DNA from: the human T2T-CHM13v2.0 reference genome, Homo sapiens
Strand: one strand, 5' to 3'
Length of the DNA stretch: 64,000 nt
NCBI RefSeq assembly: GCF_009914755.1
Contig: NC_060929.1
Both the position numbers and the translations under genes were made by a program. Below are positions 57,324 through 64,000 of this stretch, piece by piece (position 1 is the stretch's first letter; every line of letters starts with the position of its first letter). Below the pieces are notes generated by a model. That model ran no database searches. It had not been told where the DNA came from and was given only the letters and a program-made list of their open reading frames with translations.

Positions 57324-58849
57324 AAAGAAAATGTGGTACATATACACCATGAAGTACTATGCAGCCTTAAAAAGGAATGAAATCATGCCCTTTTCAGGAC
57401 ATAGATGGAGCTGGAAGCCATTATCCTCAGCAAACTAACACAGCAAAGAAAACCAAACGTCGCATGTTCTTACTTACAAGTGGGAGCTGAACAATGAGAA
57501 CATATGGACACGGGGAGAGGAACAACACACACCGGGGCCTATTGATGGGGAGTCAGAGGGAAGGAGAGCATCAGGAAAAACAGTTAATGCATGCTGGGCT
57601 TTAAACCTAGGTGATGGGTTGTTAGGTGCAGCCAACCACCATGGCACACATTTACCTACTTAACAAACCTGTACATTCTGTACATGTACCCCAGCACTTA
57701 AAAAAAAAAAAGACAACCCCATCCCCACCCCCCGACACACACATCAGTGCTGTACAAAATCCTGTGTAAATGTTGGTTCTTATTAAAGTCTAAATTCCAC
57801 ATATAAAATGGGGCATGAGGGTATCCAAGTTTGTCAATATTTATCAAAGTTGAGAAATATCTGTACACTTTTTGAAACCCTAAGCCAGTCATCCTCAGCA
57901 TGAATTGTTATTTTTGATTCTGTCATTTCTTTATTTAATGAAGAGGGAGATTTGTAAAAATCCATTTTGATTTTAGCATGATGTCAATTGAGATTTATTC
58001 CATCATCCTAATTACCAAGACATATCTAGGAGGAATGTTAAAAGCACCTAATAATTTAATTAGACCAATTACTTCATTTACTGATTGGGGCACTAAGGCT
58101 CAGAAAGAAAGCAGGATTTACCAAATTATACCCAGCTAAATTTAGAACTAAAATCCAGAATGGCAGTATTCTTCCCTGTGACCAAACTGACTGTTAAGTG
58201 GTAATTTTTTAATGATATGTTTAGTGTGACAAGTGGTTACACGTGGCAATTTCCCTCTCATGAGGAATAACTTTGACTGAAATGCATGTTGAACTCATGA
58301 GAAGATTCATAAGCACTATGAGAAGGAAACTGGAAACAACAGTGGATAATGCAACGGAACTGAAGCTTAATTATGGATGATCTAATCACTGGGATGATAT
58401 TGTATACTTAATGTATTTCTCGTAAGAGTTAAGCGAAATGATTTTAGTGACCTGCCTTAGAAAGTATTAAGTCAGCTTATGACAGAAGTTACAAACTGAA
58501 TCCAGGTCACAGATGTAGTCTATTTGCCTCACACAGTATTTTTCTTTTAATATGTGTGCTTCTAATATTTAACAATCTGAGAATCTCACATTTTTTTAAA
58601 AATCTACATTTTCTGATTCTTATGAAGGAACAAAAATATGGTAGAGTGTTTCGATATTCTTACACGGTAGAGTTCAGGGGCAGTCTCACATTTTGAAAAC
58701 TTCATACTTTATATGAGACATTTTTTCTTCAGTTTGGCATAGTCTCACCAGTCACTATTGTGTCATACCCAGTTACTTAACTCATTTATACTGAGGACCT
58801 CTGAAGTACCTTGCAGGTGCAGTACCTGGTTTATGGTGTTATGAATGTA

Positions 58850-59054
58850 CAATACGTTTTTACTTAATGTCCTCAGTAGGTTCTTAGAAACTGCAACTTT
58901 AAGTAGAACACCATATATTAGGTCCTTGAGAAACATTGTTTTGTCCAGAGTCATTTTGTTATAACATTGGTGAAAAAAAAAATGCTTTTGTTACATGTTA
59001 TTTCACTTAAAGTGGCAGTTTCCAAGAACCTATGGATGATGATAAGTGAGGTCT

Positions 59055-59059
<5 letters not shown>
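58850..59059. mobile_element. MER6B/C-like Tigger MITE with long terminal inverted repeats
   Basis: The left arm 'taggttcttagaaactgcaactttaagt' pairs, with a few mismatches, with the right arm 'acttaaagtggcagtttccaagaaccta'. Total length is about 210 bp. Confidence 0.8.
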
Positions 59060-59106
<47 letters not shown>

Positions 59107-59265
59107 TTTTACATAAAACTACAGTTTTATATAGGTCTTACTATATATATATATATATATATATATAGGTCTTTATATATATAAAGAGAGAGTAATATAT
59201 ATAGTTATATATAAAACTATAGTTTATATATAGTAATATATATAGTTATATATATATATATATAT
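59058..59265. repeat. Complex (TA)n tract
   Basis: About 23 perfect TA units (59058-59104), further TA runs, and re-copied spacers 'ggtcttac', 'aaaacta' and 'gtaatatatatagtta'. Confidence 0.95.
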
Positions 59266-59400
59266 CATCATGCAGGAGTTAAGAAACTAGGATGATTTCA
59301 TAGGATTAATATTCACTCCTCTTTACCATTCCTTACTTCTTGTTTCTCTCTCTTGTGACCCAGTTTCTCCTAGTGGTCTAGCTTGGGGGTTCCCCTACCA

Positions 59401-61005
59401 CTTTATTGAGGTATAATTGACAGGTAAAAATTGTATATATATTTAAGGTGTACAAACTTAATGATGTTTTAATATACATCATGAAATGACTAACATAATA
59501 AAACCAATAACGTATTCACCACCTCACATAATTGCCTTATTTTATGCATGTGGTGAGAATACCTAAGGTCTACTTTCTTAACAAATTTCAGGTATATAAT
59601 ACATGCTTATTACCTATAGTCACCATGTTGTATATTAGGTCTCCAGAACTTATTCACGTTATAAATGAAAGTGTGTACTCTTTGATGAACATCTTGTTTC
59701 ACCTACCCCACTCCCACCCTCACTAACAACCCTTCTACTCAATGTTTCTGAGTTTGACTTTTTAAAATTCTACATAAAAGTGAGACTATGCAGTATTTGC
59801 CTTTCTGTGACTTGGTGATTTAGCTTAATGTTCTCCAGGTTCATCCACGTTGTTAAAAATGACAAGATTTCTTCTTTTAAGGCTAAATAGTATTCCATTG
59901 TGTATATATACCATATTTTCTTTGCTCATTCATCTGTCAGTTTAGATTTAATTCATATCTTGGCTATTGTGAATAATGCTACAGTGAATATGGGCATGCA
60001 GATATCTCTTTAAGATAATGATTTTCTTTCTGTTGGATATGTACCCAGAAGTGGGATGGCTGTATCCTATGGTAGTTCTATTTTACTTTTTTTGAGGACG
60101 CTCCATGCAGTTTTCCATAATGGCTGTACCAATTTACATTTCAACCAACAATACAAAAAGGTCCTCTTTTCTCTACATCCTTGCCAACATTTGTTATCTT
60201 TCTTCTTTTTGATAACAGCCATTCTAAAAAGGGTGAGGTCATAACTAATTGTGGTTTTGATTTGCATTTCCCTGATGATTAGTGGTGCTGAACACCTTTT
60301 CATATACCTGTTGGTCAGTTGTATGTCTTCTTTGGAAAAAGGTTTATTCAGGTTCTTTGCCAAGTTTTAAATTTGGGTTATTTAGTTTTATGCTCTTGAG
60401 TTGCATGAGTTCTTTATATAGTTTTATTATTAATCCATTATCAGGAAGGTAGTTTTCAAATATGTTCTCACATTCCATAGATTTCCTTTTCATTTTGTTG
60501 ATTTTTTTTTTTATTGTATGGAAAAGTTTTAGTTTCATGTAGTCCTACTTGTTTGCTTAATTTTGCTTTTGATTCCTATGCTTTTGGCTCATATAAGAAA
60601 AAAGTCATTTCAAAGACCAATGTCATAGAGCTTTGCCCCTATGTTTTCCTCTAGTAGTTTTACTGTTTCTGGTCTTATGCTTAAGCCTTTAACCCATTTT
60701 TGAGTTGATTTTTGTGTACAGTATAAAATAAGGATTCAATTTCATTTTTGTGCATGTGGCTATCCTGTTTTCTCAGCACCATTTATTGAAGAGACTATTT
60801 TTTTACCCATCACATATTTTGGTAATTTTGTTGAAAATTACTTAACCATATCTGTGGGTTTATTGCTCAGCTTTCTATTCTGTTCCATTTATCTATGTGT
60901 CTGTTTTTTGTTTGTTTTTGTTAGTACCATACTGCTTTGATTTCAATAACTTTTTAATATAATTTGTAATCAGGACATATGATACCTCCAGTTTTGTTCT
61001 TCTTG
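59401..61005 (-). mobile_element. L1MA-type 3' 1.6 kb (ORF2 end and 3'UTR)
   Basis: 'tttattgaggtataattgaca...gtggtgagaatacctaagg...aggtctccagaacttattca'. ORF 60067-60363 is an ORF2 relic (FSKEDIQ..REMQIKTT..KLVQPLWKT). Confidence 0.9.
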
Positions 61006-63059
61006 GTTTTGAAATTGTATGCAAGTTCAATGGCAGGCAGTAGTTGTCTTAGAATTTCTGGAGTCTGAAGTATGGCCCTTTACAGCCATTCTCTACTCTG
61101 AGTCTTCTAAAATGTGCTTCCTTTTTGTTCGTCTAAGCACTAAAGAACTTAAGCTGGGGAAGGAGGGAGATAAAGATGAGAAAGTGTTAAGATTTGGATT
61201 CTGAGTGCTGTTTATGAGGGAAAAAAAAAGTGAGAACTATCATGGGATGGCAGACACGCACACAGTCTGAATAGGTTCCATTGATAAATTAGTTGCAAGG
61301 AGCAAAGTCATGTCTCTGGTTAGTTTAGAAACAAAATGAAGGCTATGATGGCTTCTCCTCAGTAAGCAAAGCAGCTCCAACTCCCAAGTGAACACACTGC
61401 ACACAAAACAGTATTTTCCATGCCACTTGCATGGAACACGAGCATCTTGCTGTCTTAAATTAAGAAGTTAACTGGACCATGAAGTATTGCCTGAGTAAAT
61501 AAAAGTGATTTGTACTAAGTCAGAAGGGTGCATTAGGCCTCTTTGCGTTTCTTTGCTCACACATAAATTATGGATATTATTAAAAATTGGAAGGGTCATC
61601 TATAAGCCCATCTGTACTATGAAGCCAATTGCCATTCCCCAAATGTATCTGTTTTCCTCTTATAACTTATTGTGGACGATAATGTGAACCAGCTGCTTAC
61701 ATTTTTTTTAAACAGACACATAAACTTTGAATAGTTCAACACGTAATACTATTGTCAGTTTATTCGGGAAAACAGAGATACGTATTCAAAGGCTTTTGGC
61801 TGCCATACAATTAACATGGCTGATGGGGATAAATTGACTGTGCGTGCTTTTCTTAAATGAAGCTTATACTAGAAATGTAAGAGTTACTGAGGGCTTTGGT
61901 CGATCTCAGTTATAACAATGTCAGCCAGAGTTCTGGTAGGAGAAGTGTGTTCAAACTTCAAAGGAGCCTGAGAATGTCTAATTGTATGAGTTGAGGGCCA
62001 CTGGGCAGGTAAGATTCCTCAAATTCTTCCTCATTGCCTATCATGGTACAGAAGGGTCCATCATTAGAATCTCTTTTATTTGAAGGCTTCTGGATCTCTC
62101 AGTAATTTTTATTCAGCCAGACTCATACTATAAACACTCCTTTCACTGATGTACAAACACATTTCCACAAAGGTTTGGAAATAACTTATAAGAAGTACAT
62201 ACAGTAACATAGTCACAAAAGATATAATGGGTTAAGATCAGAAAAAAAACATAAACTATAATTGGAGGCAAAGATGAGGGCAAGCTATAGAATATAAGGG
62301 GAGTCCATAGCATCCCAGGAGTTTGCTCTTACTAAACCTGGAGTTTGGCTATGAATTTTTGAAAGAGAGAGACAGTGTGTTGGATGTAACCTTCTATCTG
62401 TACTTTCTAGAGATTTGGTTAAAATGTCCTGGATGATGTGGGGAGTTAAAACTAGCAGCCTAGTGTTAGAGAAAGTACACTAGATTCAAAGTCAGGGAAT
62501 CTGGCTTCTCTTCTCACTGTCCAAGTGAGCCCTTGAGCAAGTTACTTCTCTTCATGTCTCAGTTTCTTTATCTGTGAACCATCTATCTGTGAAAGAAGCT
62601 GGATCTGGATATAATCAATGGTTTTCTGTAGCTTTTTTTTAAGTCATGAAATATTTTTAAGCCTAATTTTACTTTGAACCCCCAAATCCAAACCAGCTGG
62701 AAGCTGAGCTGCTGTGGTTGACCAGGAGATGGTCCTGCACCTGTTGTCCTACCCAACCAATCTTCCTGTCACCAGCCACAGGGGGCCGAGGCCCTTGCTG
62801 GGATTCCACAGACCACAGTTTGAAAATGACCAGACTGGATCAAAAAATAGCCTCATTTTTTCCAGGTCTCTGTTCCAATGCCATTTTCTCGTGAAGACCT
62901 TCCCTGACTGCCTTATCTAAAATATATCTCTGACCCAGTAGATTTATCTTGTTATATCATATCATATCAGATTACATATGTATCATATAATTATATATTT
63001 TTACATTTACCTGTTTGTTTGTTTCCACTATTACTTTATAAACTCCATGACAGCAGAGA

Positions 63060-63335
63060 TGGAGAAAGGCAGTACTACATGGTATTTGGGAGCAGGATCT
63101 GGAATACCAACTTCCTGAATTTGAATCTTTGCTCCACCATTTACTAGCCTTGTAACTTTAAGCAAGTTACTTGACCTTTTCTGTGCCTCACTTTACTCCT
63201 CTGAAAAATGGGCATAATAATAGCACTATCTCATAAGATTATTATGGGATTATAAGAGTTAATTTATGTAAAGCTTATGGAATAGTGCATTGGATGTAGA
63301 ACACTGTATAATATTTGAAAATAATACTATATATT
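63060..63335 (+). mobile_element. MIR
   Basis: 'tttgaatctttgctccaccatttactagccttgtaactttaagcaagttacttgaccttttctgtgcctcac...aaaaatgggcataataatagcact'. Confidence 0.8.
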
Positions 63336-64000
63336 ATTAGCATTTATTAATACTATTATCTTTTTTTGCCACCGTCTCCTTAGTTTCTAGACTAGTTCCT
63401 GTCACATGATAGGAAAACAAATTGTTTGAATGAATGGATGTTCTCTTAGGATCTTTCTGACTCAAAGATTCTCTAAGAAGCTTTTGGAGAGACAAACATC
63501 TCTTCAAAAGGATCTTATACATTTATTAATTATCTGTATTAGCTACATACTAAGTATTCAACTATGTAGACAGTGGCACGAGCAGCTATGTGGTGTGAGG
63601 CCATGAGGGAGTAAGAATAGACTTTAGGTGGAAGAGCTAAGAGAGGGCTAAAGGTAATAAGTTTCATCTTTACGTACTCTGCAGCTTTGACCTCCTATAT
63701 GCCTTGATTCATGCCATTCATAAGCTTCTGAGAGCTCCTAAGTGTTGAGCTGTGTGTTATAGATAGGACATTTTAATAGAACAAAATTAGCATTTCCAGT
63801 CCTTCAAAGCTTTGGGTTTCTCATCATCATCACTATGGCATTTCAACATCATCTAATACTTTTGATTTCAAGAACATCCCAGCTGTCTAGAATGACTAGT
63901 TGCTGCTGAGACTGCTTCTTGCTTATTTCATAAATTGCATTTATGAGAAAGAAATGCATACCAGAGTCCACTGCAGCTTGGTTTGTTCCTTTAGTAGTAA

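Larger units (their letters stand above)
50318..57711 (+). mobile_element. Full-length decayed L1PA (about PA10-13) with 5'UTR, ORF1, ORF2 and 3'UTR, carrying two Alus and a younger L1 3' end
   Basis: 5' 'ggaggggtcaagatggttgattagaagcagc'. ORF1 relic at 52325 (IIQENFPNL..IQIQEIQRTP), ORF2 start at 52924 (MTGSNSHIAILTLNVNGL), RT motif at 54875 ([30 protein letters not shown]). Old-type 3' end 'aatgcatgctgggctt...' plus poly(A). Frames are broken. Confidence 0.95.

Overview
This window is primate, most likely human, genomic DNA from inside the large gene SGCD (delta-sarcoglycan), transcribed on the + strand. The only protein-coding sequence I can support is one 102-nt internal exon at 43565-43666. 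It reads [34 protein letters not shown] (about residues 65-98), has canonical AG/GT sites, and is missing from the supplied ORF track. The rest is intron, dense in transposon relics: about 14 Alus, two near-full-length decayed L1s in sense orientation, truncated L1PA/L1M pieces, MLT LTRs, hAT and Tigger MITEs, MIR/L2, and microsatellites. The supplied ORFs appear to be chance or repeat-derived. I see no evidence of a new gene system, CRISPR array or RNA gene. The best leads are (1) a chimeric L1 with two tandem 3' ends, where a younger L1 appears to have joined an older one at the homologous position, (2) nested and internally deleted elements, (3) Alu geometry around the in-frame exon, (4) several strong cryptic or recursive splice-like sites, and (5) a MITE hairpin fused to a complex (TA)n tract. 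Repeat subfamily names come from recalled consensus features and need RepeatMasker/Dfam confirmation. Boundaries of old repeats are approximate.
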